NCBI RefSeq assembly: GCF_011745625.1
Contig: NW_027191460.1
Location: 496,001 to 560,000, forward strand
Direction: 5' to 3'
DNA length: 64,000 nt
DNA from: Cladosporium halotolerans
Taxonomy: Eukaryota
Every line of letters begins with the position of its first letter. Position 1 is the first letter of the stretch. Shown here one piece after another: positions 1 to 11,335 of this stretch. A model generated the notes under the pieces. The model did not search any database. It was not told the origin of the DNA and saw only the letters and a list, made by a program, of their open reading frames with translations. The position numbers and the translations under genes were made by a program.

Positions 1-593
1 TCTTTCTCCAAATTCGTCCGGAAGCCGGCCCCCACCACGAACGGATCTCACTCGAATGGCACGACAGATCCCCTGATAGCCACCGCGCACCAGTGGGACC
101 CGACAAACCCCGACCTCGTCCCGGATATCAATTGGCGCAACGGCCGCGGCGTGCAAGGCGGCTGGACGTGCGAGATCAACGGCGACTGCTCCTTCCTCGA
201 GAACGGCGAAGAGCGCGGCTGGTAAGAGAAATCCCCACTCGTCCCCCGTCCTCAAACCCCCGGCAATCGTGTATAAGCATTCCCTCTGCGCTGCTTTGTC
301 GAAGCACACTTACGACCCTCACCTCGGGCAACAGGGATTTCAACATCGAGAAAGCACAGTTCGGCGACGACGCTGTTGCGGCTCCCATGCCCGCCACCCC
401 AACCTGACGATCAGATGATTTCAAACAAATTACGCAGGCTTACGGCTCAATGAACAGGAAATTCTCCGGGGACGAATCGTTCCTCAAGGACCCGAATGCT
501 TTCAACGACGCGAAGAACACGGCTGCGCTGGAGGTCGTCGAGGAAACTGTGGATGATGCTGGCGAGAAGGCGGAGGACAAGTCACGGTTATGA
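1..593 (+). CDS. 3' part of a histidine phosphatase / phosphoglycerate-mutase-family protein (Tfc7/tau55 N-domain-like); two candidate terminal exons (335-407 or 458-593)
   Basis: Frame 1 from base 1 reads ...WRNGRGVQGGWTCEINGDCSFLENGEERG(W), with donor GTAAG at 222. Acceptor 334 gives WDFNIEK...PT*; acceptor 457 gives WKFSGDESF...KSRL*. The NGDCSFLxNGEERGW motif is recalled from this fungal family. Confidence 0.7.
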
Positions 594-933
594 TGAGATA
601 CCCTTCTGGAGGACTTTTATGACATGGAGGCATGGATGAGCTCTCGATTGCATTTAGACTAGATCGAAGCGTGACGGTGGCAACACTGGACTGCATTGAT
701 GGCTTGCATAGCGTTGCAAGTGCAAATAGATAGACGGCGACGGATGGTAGTAGAACATGAGACATGGAAACAGTTTCACGGGTGGACATAAAGCTTTTTG
801 AAATTGAGCTACTAATTCTGTTCCCATTTTCGCCCAAATTTCGAATGACCCAAACATTGACGCCAACCCGACCTGTGCCACGCTAAAACTTGCAGCTCAA
901 GTCAAGACAGCCCCGTTTGATTCCGTGAAGCGC

Positions 934-1817
934 TTAGGCCGCGGTGATGGCCTTGGTGCGGGCGGCACCACGCTGGCGGGAGGAAAGGTGGAGGCCCTGC
1001 TCGCGGTGGACCTTCTGGGGGGCCTTCTGGACGACCTCCTCACCCTCGGTGAGGATCATCTCGATGTGGCAGGGGTTGGACATGTAGGGGTTGATCTAGG
1101 CATTGTTAGTGAGTGTTGCGCATACATGTCTGTGGATAGTGTTGACTCACGCGACCGTGGGCACGGTATGTCCTGCGGCGCTGCTTGGGGGCCTGGTTGA
1201 CCTGGATGTGCTTGACGATCAGGTTGCTGGTGTCAAGACCCTTGGTGTCGGCGTTGGCCTCGGCGTTCTTGAGGAGCGAGAGGAGGAACTCAGCGCTCTT
1301 CACGGGCCAGCGGGCCTTGGAGACACCGAACTGCTTGCCTTTACATCGCGAATCAGTATCCGTTGTTCAAGACCACGCCTATGTGTCTTTTCTTTCAAAA
1401 GTTTCCTCCGGGTATCCCAATATTCGTATGCATCCTCGCACATGGCTATAGGCAACACCCGCTTTCACAGGGCCTTCACGTACCTTGAGCAGTACGGCCA
1501 GTGCTCCCGGCATATCTCCGCATGGGGACGGCCTCGGCGTGGCCCTTGACGTTCTCGAGGTACTGGAGAGCGCGGGTGACCTTCCAGCCGTTGATGGCCT
1601 GCGCGGTCTCGCGGGTGTTCTTGAAAGAAACACGGAGGTAGGAACCGCGAGCGCGGGCGGACTTGGCCGACTCGATGTGGGTGGCGGCGTAACGGACCTG
1701 GTGGTGAAATTCATGGTCAGAATTATGTTCGTCTCAAATCGCAAGGGCGCCGTTGAAACACTGAATTTTGCAATGGCGCAATTAGAGCGTTTGGCGAGCA
1801 GAATGTTGACATACCAT
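934..1817 (-). CDS. RPL17: 60S ribosomal protein L17 (uL22)
   Basis: Exons 1817-1815 (ATG only), 1697-1484, 1338-1151, 1095-934; contains [23 protein letters not shown] and [23 protein letters not shown]. Confidence 0.97.
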
Positions 1818-2143
1818 CTTGACTGATTGCCGCTGGCTAGAATGTTAGTAACGGGGTGAGGTCGGAGTCGTGAGGTCGCAAATCGCAAAGCAAATCTCGA
1901 CACGGCAGCCGGCCTCGCTGGGGAGAGTAGTGGGCTCGAAATTGGCCTTGGCGGGAACTTTTGGCTCTGCGGGCCGCGCCGTAGCTACCGCTCGCGAAGT
2001 CCGCGGCAAGCTCGGTCTCTGCAATTTTCGCTGCAGAGGAAAGCTTCAAAGCTCGAGGTTCGGCTTTGCACAAATCTTTGGGCTGGCGCATACGATTGAG
2101 CACCGGCACACGATCCTTCGACAACACATCACACACAGAAGAG

Positions 2144-3219
2144 ATGGCTTTCACACCCAGAGGAGGACGTGGCGGCGGTGACCGCGGTGGTCGTGGCGGC
2201 GCTCGTGGCGGCCGTGGAGGTGCCCGCGGCGGTGGTCGTGGTACGCATTTTGCGCTGCTAGACGAAAGATGCGACGAGCTGGGCTAACATCTTGCAGGTG
2301 GCTTCGGCGGTGACAGGGGTGGCCGCGGTGGTGCGCGCGGTGGTGGACGCGGCGGTGCTCGTGGTGGTCGCGGAGGTGCTCGCGGTGGCCGTGGTGGTGC
2401 GGCGGGCGCAAAGGGTGGCCAGAAGGTCATCATCGTAAGTTGCGGCAGAGTCTTCGAGAGCGTGAATACTGGATGACTGATTCCATATTACAGGAGCCCC
2501 ACAGGCACGCCGGTGTCTTCGTCGCTCGCGGCAAGGAGGATCTGCTGGTCACCAAGAACTTGACCCCCGGCGAGGCCGTCTACGGCGAGAAGCGCATCAG
2601 CATCGACACCCCCGGCGCCGGTGCCCAGGCGAACGGCGAGACCCCCACTGCGACAAAGACTGAGTACCGTGTCTGGAACCCCTTCCGTTCCAAGTTGGCT
2701 GCTGGTATCCTCGGTGGTATGGAGAACATCTACATGGGCCCTGGAAGCAAGGTCCTTTACCTGGGTGCTGCGTCTGGTACTTCGGTGTCTCACGTTGCCG
2801 ATATTGTCGGCCCTACTGGTACTGTCTTCGCCGTCGAGTTCTCCCACCGCTCCGGCAGAGATCTCGTCAACATGGCCACCAAGCGCACCAACGTTATCCC
2901 CATCGTCGAGGACGCCCGTCACCCCCTCAAGTACCGCATGCTCGTCAGCATGGTCGACTGCATCTTCGCCGACGTTGCCCAGCCCGACCAGGCCCGTATT
3001 GTCGGTCTGAACGCCCACCAGTTCCTCAAGGTCGGCGGCGGTGTTGTCATCTCCATCAAGGCCAGCTGTATCGACTCCACTGCCTCGCCCGAGGCTGTCT
3101 TCGCCCGCGAGGTCACCAAGCTTAGGGAGGAGCGCATCAAGCCCAAGGAGCAGCTCACCCTCGAGCCTTTCGAGAGAGATCACGCCATGGTTTGCGGTGT
3201 GTACAACAGGTCGGGTTAG
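2144..3219 (+). CDS. NOP1: Fibrillarin, rRNA 2'-O-methyltransferase
   Basis: N-terminal RGG/GAR domain, two introns (~2241-2297, ~2436-2493), motifs [29 protein letters not shown] and [10 protein letters not shown]. Confidence 0.98.
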
Positions 3220-3676
3220 AGTTAAGGAGGCTTGATACGAGTACCTGTTGGGAGCGTTGATAAACGCGGAGTCCAGGGCGTTCACAGGCGCGCAAAAGGG
3301 CGGACAAGCTGCTTTTATGTCTTTTGATGATAGTTTTACCTGTACAATTTCTACCACCCAGAATCCTGCCACACATCAAGCAAGAAGGCGTAAGTCGTCA
3401 GTCACGCCAGCAGTTGTCAGCCTTGCATCAACAATTGACTCAGCCGAGCTCGATTGGCTCTTCTGGCGGTCGCCGGAGATCGTACCACGAGAGTATACGG
3501 GTTTGGAGAAGGAAGATTCAATGAGTCCGAATGAAAATGCGAGTTGGAAAACGAAGTACAAATGAGATAGAATTCTTACTTGTCTGAGTACTGTTACTCC
3601 TCAACGGAGCAAAAATCAAAATAACAAAGGAAATTCAGACATCACACAACCACCGACTTACCATGTGAAAGCAAAG

Positions 3677-5521
3677 CTAAGATCCCTGCCTCTCCTTGTT
3701 ACGGCTCGAGCTCCTCGTTTGTCTCTTCTCCGAGGCTTCGTTTGACTTGGGACTGGCGACGACAATGTTCTCTCCGATGTCTTCGGGCCCGAAGAGGTCC
3801 TCGTCAATACCAGCGGTGGACCTCGAGCGAGTACGCGCAGCCGGGCCTTCCTCGTCATCATCATAAGTGAAGACGAAGAAATCGGCGCTTTTGATCTCGG
3901 AGAGTTGGGTGCTACTGGGCTTGCGGGAGGTAGAGATCGGGGCTGGACGGTGCTTGCGGGGCGTGGTGAAGTTGACCTCGTGCTCCGATTCGGAGGCTTC
4001 TGCGTACGAGACGGATTTCTTACCAGAGCGAGGAGAGCGACGCTTTGCTGGGGGCTCCTCGGGCTCGTCGTGCGCAGCATTGAAGGCCTGCAGAGCGGCC
4101 CATTCTTCAGTTGCGGCGGCGTTCTGAGATTCGAGAGAAAAGCCGAAGTCAGGCATGTTGGCACCGAAGGAGAACGGGGCCATCTGGGGAGTGGGAGCTT
4201 GGATGATGTTACCACGAGATTGCGAGCGGGTGCGAGACGCGACGTGGTCCACCTCCTCGTCGTTGTCAGTGTCGACACCCGGTCCCGTGAATTTGTTCTC
4301 GGGCGTAGGGGCACCCTTCCTGAGACGCTCCAGCTCCGCCATGTTCAGAGCGTAAGCGCCACAAGTACAACTTGGCTGGCCGAACTGGGACTGAATCTTC
4401 TTCATGGGAGCATAGGAGTACTCGGGATACATGATCTTGTGCTGCTCTGCCTCTTCGGCAGCGCGGCGCCTGTACACGTCCCTCTCCTTTTCAGTCAGCC
4501 CCTTCCAGGTCTTGCCGGCCACAGAGGAAATCTGGGTATTCTGCTGGCCCCTCTTCTTCTCGCGGGATGTAGGCCAGCGAGCTGCAAAATCATTGCGGAA
4601 GATGATGAAGGCATTGCGAGGGCGCGGGATATGCGCGGCCGCAACGCTCTTGGCAGGCGGACAACGGCAGCGCTGCACAGTCGCGGCGTTGAGCTCCTTC
4701 ATCTGGCCTGAAGCATTGCCATTGTTCCTTGCCGGCTTAGGGGCGCTCGGATTTGGCGTTGCCTTAGCCATTGTCTCTTGCGACGGTCTGGCAGACTTCG
4801 AGTACGCGGTGTGATAGTCGACAGAATCGCGGCTCACAGGACGAGGGCCGCTGTGGTCACCCTCGGCGCGGCGCTGGGCCTGCTCTGCGAGGTAGGCGCC
4901 GGGCCCGTACTTACACTTGTGGCGCGACGAACTACGACTGTGGCTGACGTAGCTGCGCTTACGCTTCTTGTCATCGGTGCTGGATTCGACCTCCTCAGAT
5001 GACGGATTAGCTGGAGCTGCAATCGGCGCATAAGCTGGGACGGGCGGATTAGCGAATGGCATCGGCATCGCTGGAATAGCCATCGTAGGCGCGAAGTTAG
5101 GAGGCATCATCAAAGGTGGCGGAAACCCAGCTACCGGTGCAGGAACTGGATAGTACCAACCGACCAAAGGATGGTAAGCGATGCCTGGTGGCGGCGTGGG
5201 TAAAGCCTGGCTGGGTGTTAGTGCAATCGGAGATGGACCGATTGTCTGCTGCGTAGGAATCAGCTCCTGCGGCGCATGCGTGAATGGACTCGGTGTGTTG
5301 TTCATTGCACCAAGGAAAGAAGGCGTCGTTGCTGGCTGGTCGAGGAGGCTGCCGTCATAGCCGCTGCCCTCGTCAAACTGCATTGGAAAGGTTTCGTTAA
5401 AATCAGCGCCGAGATCGCCAAAGGCAAAGTCATCGACGTTGAAGTTACCCAAGTTACCCAAGTTATTGACATCGGTGGGTGACGGATTGACCGGCGGCTT
5501 CCCGTTTGACTGACTTTGCAT
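3677..5521 (-). CDS. MATA_HMG/SOX-type HMG-box transcription factor (~614 aa from MQSQSNG, intronless)
   Basis: HIPRPRNAFIIFRNDF...NTQISSVAGKTWKGLTEKERDVYRRRAAEEAEQHKIMYPEYSYAP; Pro-rich N-terminus, basic/Ser-rich C-terminus. Confidence 0.88.
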   Translation of the reverse strand: MQSQSNGKPPVNPSPTDVNNLGNLGNFNVDDFAFGDLGADFNETFPMQFDEGSGYDGSLLDQPATTPSFLGAMNNTPSPFTHAPQELIPTQQTIGPSPIALTPSQALPTPPPGIAYHPLVGWYYPVPAPVAGFPPPLMMPPNFAPTMAIPAMPMPFANPPVPAYAPIAAPANPSSEEVESSTDDKKRKRSYVSHSRSSSRHKCKYGPGAYLAEQAQRRAEGDHSGPRPVSRDSVDYHTAYSKSARPSQETMAKATPNPSAPKPARNNGNASGQMKELNAATVQRCRCPPAKSVAAAHIPRPRNAFIIFRNDFAARWPTSREKKRGQQNTQISSVAGKTWKGLTEKERDVYRRRAAEEAEQHKIMYPEYSYAPMKKIQSQFGQPSCTCGAYALNMAELERLRKGAPTPENKFTGPGVDTDNDEEVDHVASRTRSQSRGNIIQAPTPQMAPFSFGANMPDFGFSLESQNAAATEEWAALQAFNAAHDEPEEPPAKRRSPRSGKKSVSYAEASESEHEVNFTTPRKHRPAPISTSRKPSSTQLSEIKSADFFVFTYDDDEEGPAARTRSRSTAGIDEDLFGPEDIGENIVVASPKSNEASEKRQTRSSSRNKERQGS

Positions 5522-6736
5522 CTTGAAAACTTGTAGTTGAAAAATGCTGCGGCGATGGTGGTTCAGGATTTGGGGATTACAATATAGAGGCAAGCGTACC
5601 AGACGCTCTATTATACCGTGTGAGGTTCCAGATGTGAGATGAAAGAGGGAAACCCCGGGGCATGCGAGCAGAGAACGCCTTTGTGGTTGAAGCGCTTTGT
5701 TCCATGGGAGAAGCAGATGAAAAGTGATTTTGCTCCGAATATAGTCGCATTGACAAAGGGGTTCAGACGAGGTCGGGCACAAAAGAATTTGATCAAAGAG
5801 GATACATTTCGCCTACAATGCTATTCTAATATGGACTTGCGCAGCGAGGCATCGATCAGAGGCTGGAACGGATGCAGATGATGAGCCAGGCATATCAAAC
5901 AGCGAACCTAGCACGTATAGCAGTGGGTTTCGAGCACTAGACATGTTGTTAGCCGACATCCATCAATGGCTCAACCAAGTCTTGAGGATAAATCATTCAT
6001 GATCAGAAGGTCTCCAAGCAAGTTATCCACATTATTGTTCAGAACAGGTCTGTGATATTTTTTGCATGGTTTTCATCTTAGAAGAGATGTAAACAAAAGG
6101 GAAGCTTACCATTGACAATGCTGGGTAGGAGAAGGGACAGAGTCAGTGACCGAGTCCAATCTCTCTACCCCAAGAGCCTCAAGTGCTCAGTCGTATCGCT
6201 CATAATGCTTGTATCAGCTTCGAACACGATATAGCACCTTCTGACATCTCCGTCAGCGAAATATGGGCATTGAGATATGGACGAGGAATGAGGTTGGTAG
6301 GAAAGACAAAGCGTGAAGTTCAAAGAAAGTTGTGTGTGAAAGACTCCGCACTTGGGCGCTCGGGCCGTTCGCCGCGGGAGAGAGTGCTACGGCTGTCGAT
6401 ATCTACCACCTTACCAGGACTTGAACATCCACACTGAGGCGGCTTCCGCTTTGGGCGTTTGATTCATCGTCATCCAATCTTGTTCGAGACGACCAATCCT
6501 TACGCGCTCACGTTGTATCCTGGTTGCGTCGTACTATTTGCAAGCTCGACGAAAGAGAGATCTTCGACAAGCGATTTTCTGATCGAGCTCTTTAGGAAAG
6601 ACCGACCCTTGGCCAGCCAAGCATCGGAGAACCCCACTGCAACCCTGCAACAAGTCGCAACTGGGATCCTTCCACTAAACCTCGCTGAGGTAAAGAGGAT
6701 ACTGTGATCTTTGAACTGTGAACGACTTTTGAAGCT

Positions 6737-7711
6737 ATGGCATCTTTATTCAGCTCGTTAAACAAGCTATTGCCCTTCGCCACACCAGGCACACCGCTCC
6801 TACAAGACCTTGTGCACCTCGGTGCCATCTGCACATTTCTCTACTACGCGCCACAAATACAACACTGGGTACAAGACCAACAGCAAGACTCTCCAGCATC
6901 ACATGAAGGCTTGGCTGGGGATGCCCCTCCACTACCGGAAGCTGTCGGCGCAGTAGACGAACAGCAGCCCAGAAACGCCCATGTCGAGGACGATGGCGCA
7001 GACGAGCCTGCACCTCGCAACGACTTCGAGCACAACGTAGCCGACGATCAAGATGACGATCATGCCTTTGCCAACGTACAGGAAGGCGAGCCTGGCCCGG
7101 CCAACCCTGCCAATGTCCCTGCACACCGGAATGTGGGCGCCAAGAAAGCAAAGTCTCTCGCTCGAAAGGATCAGAGGAGGGCTTACAACGAATTCATGCG
7201 GTCTCACGGTGATGCGCAGCGTGCTCAAGAGGCTGAAGGTGCAGCAGAGAGAGAAGCAGCCCTTGCTGTAGAGAAGGAGAGGAGACGGACAGCGGCGGCA
7301 GCGTTTGAGGCGAAGAAGGCGAAGGAGCGTGAGCAGAGGCGTGAAGCAGAAAGAAAGCAAAGGGAAGAAGAGATCAGAGCCCGGGAGCTTGCTGACAAGC
7401 TTGTACGAGAAGCTTTGGCTGAGAACGGCATGTGTGATCTGTTCAAAGTGGCGAGGCAAGTCGGTGGTGATGTGGACGAAGAATGGGTCGAGAGGGTCAT
7501 CAGGGCCAGCGATTTGGTGGGCATGAAGGACGGCATCCTCACTATGATCACAAGTGTTGGCTGGGCTGTCAGGGTCAGTCAGCAGGACGTACGGCAGCTT
7601 TACGAAAACGCAGCCGTGCTGGATGTCAGTGACGAGAGCGGTGCGATTGGTTATGATCAACTGGGTGGCATGTTTGAGAAAATACTCAAAGACCGCTCCA
7701 TCACGGCTTAA
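6737..7711 (+). CDS. DDRGK1/UFBP1-like membrane-anchored protein (divergent)
   Basis: N-terminal hydrophobic segment, acidic linker, VGAKKAKSLARKDQRRAY motif, E/R-rich helix, and a C-terminal segment resembling the DDRGK winged-helix region. Confidence 0.65.
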   Translation: MASLFSSLNKLLPFATPGTPLLQDLVHLGAICTFLYYAPQIQHWVQDQQQDSPASHEGLAGDAPPLPEAVGAVDEQQPRNAHVEDDGADEPAPRNDFEHNVADDQDDDHAFANVQEGEPGPANPANVPAHRNVGAKKAKSLARKDQRRAYNEFMRSHGDAQRAQEAEGAAEREAALAVEKERRRTAAAAFEAKKAKEREQRREAERKQREEEIRARELADKLVREALAENGMCDLFKVARQVGGDVDEEWVERVIRASDLVGMKDGILTMITSVGWAVRVSQQDVRQLYENAAVLDVSDESGAIGYDQLGGMFEKILKDRSITA

Positions 7712-8520
7712 TACTTACGAAACTGACGAGGACGCATGAGGGATGAACATGCATTGCAAATGCCAATATTAGCGAAAGGAGCAACGTGTGCTGGTCGTCA
7801 TGGATCACGCAAATGGCATGAATGAATGACCCAGCGGTCTTTGGGCATGAACATATGAGTAACACAACGATCGATAGGCTCGTACCAATAGGTACAACAG
7901 CCTGGTTGGTAGCTATGCAAAGTAGAAATTGAGATGGACATGTTGGTATGTCCCGACTTGTTAATTACGATCGAAGCCGCGGTGCGGGATAGCTGCGTCG
8001 TACTCAAAGACAGCCGGAATGATCATCTTGTCTCGCACAATGTACCTACCGAAGCAAGTACTTGTGTCCAGCTCAAGATCTGCAGTGTTGGAATGCGAGA
8101 CCGAGCGAGGCAAGAGACATGTGTGTTGAGGTGTTTGTTCCCTGGCGAGATACTAAGCACACTGGGGCACGATTGGTAGCATGCATCTATGGCATCTCGT
8201 CGCTTATGAAGGCAATTCATTTCCATCTCCACGACCAGAATCTGCCACAGTCGTGGACTTTCCAGATGTGCAGAGTGATGTCGGAGAAAGGGACTTGCAC
8301 GTACAGAAATTCCTCTTCGGCGCTGCGGCGGTCGTCAACCGTGCTCAATTGTCCGCATCCGGCCCTACATCTCCACTTCGGCCGTATTCGCCCGAAAGCA
8401 CATGTCATCGCCTCGGCTTAAAGGTCTCAGGCAACCGTAATGGAGCTTGACAATGTTCACACATGAGGTAACTGTGTCACTTCACCAGTCGAGCAGCGCA
8501 TTGAGCTGTGACAAGCCACA

Positions 8521-10261
8521 ATGACCCGGCAGGATGCTCCTCCGGTCGCTGCTCTGTTCCAAGTGATCTTCGACCAAAAGGTGGGGTGAGTTACTACTGG
8601 ACGTGTCCCGATGCGACTGCGACAGGGGTGAGTGTTACGTTGTCGTTGCTAACATAGCCCTGAAGGTATACCATTTCGTGGAAGCAATGCCTTCCTGGTC
8701 TGGATTTAGACGGCGTCGAGTATCAATGCCTCCCTTCTGGCTTGCACAGCGTCCGCGAAGATCTGGTGTACTTTGTCCTCGGCGAATATGCAGGCGTGAG
8801 CGCTTTCGTTCAAGAGGAGGCGGACAAGCAGCACCGCAACGCTAGCTTCGTTGCTGTTGGTGCCCTGGTGTCACTGGAATACGGGAGACTTGGGAAGAGC
8901 TGGATGCATGCGGAGGCTCTCAGGAGTTTGGCAAATGAAGTCGTCCAGGACGTGGAGAACAAGCAGCCACTAGAGCAGTTCTGGAAAGGACACGGCGTGG
9001 ACAGTAAGAGCAACGGGACAGCTTCAGCTGTACCCAAGACGCCATCCACTGGTGGCCCAGAGCGCAAACGATCTCTCTCCGACGCTCCTGAGTCCCTTAC
9101 ATTCGGACGTTCAGTGGAAGTGGATCATCCAGCTCTGTCTATGCCGGCCCTGGTGACAACTCTTGGCCCGCTGTTGTTCCCTCTCTACAGACAAGCCCTT
9201 CTTCGGAAGCGAATCCTCCTGATAGGCAGTACACCCGTGCAGCCGACTTGCAACTACGGTACGATTGCATTTGGACAGTATTCCGAGCGCCAGCTAATAG
9301 CTGTCTAGTGTACGACCTCTCTGTCTTATCTGATGTGCCACGTTCTCTCCGGGACTCAATATCATCGCACAACGGAAACAATGGCATCGAGCCTCTGTTC
9401 AACGTCGGTGTTTTCGACATCACGCGATTGGAGAGCCTTGAAAAAGGCTGGCTAGCATGTACCACGGATGATATCCTCGGCGAAAAGAAAAAGTTGTACG
9501 ATATCCTGGTCGAAATGCCAACTTCGCACGCAGCATCAGGACACAAAATCTGGCCTAACATCCGCACTCCTGACGGAGAAGTTGTCAAAGCGACACAGCG
9601 CGACTTCCGCCGATATGCCTCGCTACGCAGAGAACTTCGGAGACTTCAACGAGGTGCTGAAAATGGTATGCATTACCGCGACGATGAGTCCGACACGGCA
9701 GACTATGACCACGATGAATCGGCGCCACTCGTCCGCCCTCCGACAGAAACACACTCAGTGCATAGCGATGGTCCCCAGGGCGCCGAGGCAGCAATTGTGG
9801 AGCAGGTGACTTGGAGCACAACGGCATACCAATCTTTCATGTGGTGGACATCAGCTGGAGAAAAGGACTCTTCAGAAGCAGAAGAAAGTCTGACCGATCA
9901 GGCCCTTCTTGACGACTTGCCAGATCTAAGCGAGCTTTCAGGACAACATCACTCCGAGGACCACGATTCCCATCCAGGGGCGCAAAGATTAGCAGCTACA
10001 CTCGTGGCTTACTTTCATCGTGTGACGGGCGTTATCCTCCAAACTCTGGCGAACATCATAGAACGCGCGGACGACGATGCAGCGGAGGGCTACGAAGAAG
10101 ACGCGATAGAAATTTCAGAGGACGACTTGCGGCGCATAGGACTCGATGCATGGAACGTCAGAGATCGTGCGTTCGTCCGGGACGTCATGAAGTTGTACTT
10201 CAACAGACAATCGGTCATTGAAGATGACGGGGTGAGAATGTGTGGTGTAAGAATATGTTGA
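8521..10261 (+). CDS. DUF2347/DUF4484 (Anr2/LCHN/DENND11-like) protein
   Basis: Spliced start MTRQDAPPVAALFQVIFDQKVG|YTISW...GVEYQCLPSGLHSVREDLVYFV; LGPLLFPLYRQALLRKRIL; GWLACTTDDIL; C-terminal CGVRIC. Introns 8586-8665 and ~9259-9308. Confidence 0.85.
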
Positions 10262-10342
10262 TTGTACAGGATCTGTAGACCCGGAACTCTCAAGCCGTCT
10301 TGGGCCGCTCCATGGCCAAACGTCTCATCAGTTCTGAAATCA

Positions 10343-10443
10343 GCAAGCCTGGTCTAGCGGTTATGATTTCTGTCTAACAACGGTTGCAACACATGCGCTG
10401 ATGGCAGCACAGAAGGTTCCCGGTTCGATTCCGGGGGTTTGTA
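10343..10443 (+). tRNA. tRNA-Val(AAC) with 28-nt intron (10380-10407)
   Basis: Acceptor stem GCAAGCC/GGTTTGT+A, A-box TGGTCTAGCGG, anticodon stem TCTGT/ACAGA with loop CT-AAC-A|C, T-loop GGTTCGATTCC, TTTT tract ~20 nt downstream. Confidence 0.93.
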
Positions 10444-11335
10444 GCAGATGTTCTTCTATCCTTTTGCTCGTTCTAAGCAGACGCCTCCATGAATGGGTGG
10501 AGGTGTTGTTGTTTTTGCATCGTCTGGTGTCTGCTGTCCGTTCACAGGCGCTTGCGCTGTAATGTCGGGCTCGACACCAGCTCTCCCGTTGAAGCCCATT
10601 CGAAGTGTCTCGATTACGCGGACAGTACCTTTTTCTTGCATCCAGTTATGATTTGGATTGGTCGCAAAGAAGTAATCGCCAATATGAGTTAACATCATAA
10701 GCCTAAGATATAAATATTTAACAATACCCTCAGTGTCTGCCGATACTCTACTCGTGGCTTTGAAATGGTCCCAATGGCGTCGCTTGACAGCAAGAGCGTA
10801 CCCCAACCCGAACCCTAACAGCCCTGACGCCGCAGCCTCGCAAGTTATCAAGCATTCGGTTAATCAGCCGATTGCCGTTAGCGTCGGCTCGGGAAAGATT
10901 TCTGCCAGGCTCTTCGGAATCAGTTCCTGATGCTCGGTCATCGTAACGAACCCTCCATCGGCATTTAGCTCGTTAGGCTGCATTTTCTCTTGCAAATTCG
11001 AGCTAAATGCTCACCAGGCACGTGGAAGATCATGCAAATGTCCGTGCGCCACTTGAAAGGGCATCTGGCCGCGAGGTCTTCGCGTTCTACTTGATGCGTA
11101 GTCCAGTCTGCTAAGTCAGCTCAGACACTGTCTAGGCCACGGAACGCGTGCCGCCGTTTTCACGTAAGACTCTTTCTTTCGATGTCCGTTTATTCTCATA
11201 AGATGGCCGGACCCTGTCGGCGGTGATCTCATACCCTGTTCATCTCTCATCTCTCCAAGAGCCATCTTTGTATTCTTGACAATCACCTATCTCGGAAGGA
11301 CAGTGCACATTTCGCGCTCAGCGACCCTCGCCACC

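Noticed and set aside
1339..1483. Intronic snoRNA in the longer RPL17 intron (also COX5 intron 1)
   Set aside because: No convincing C/D box pair or H/ACA structure seen; a covariance-model search would settle it.
2488..3372. 294-aa ORF antisense to NOP1
   Set aside because: Shadow ORF produced by strong codon bias of a highly expressed gene.
3677..5782. HMG gene as mating-type MAT1-2-1, and the 701-aa upstream-extended ORF
   Set aside because: No APN2/SLA2 context and no HMG intron; the extension begins at a non-ATG codon.
8586..8665. Second GTGAGT at 8628 within the DUF2347 intron (twin intron or alternative donor)
   Set aside because: Use of it leaves an in-frame TGA, and the sub-introns (~40 nt) are implausibly short.
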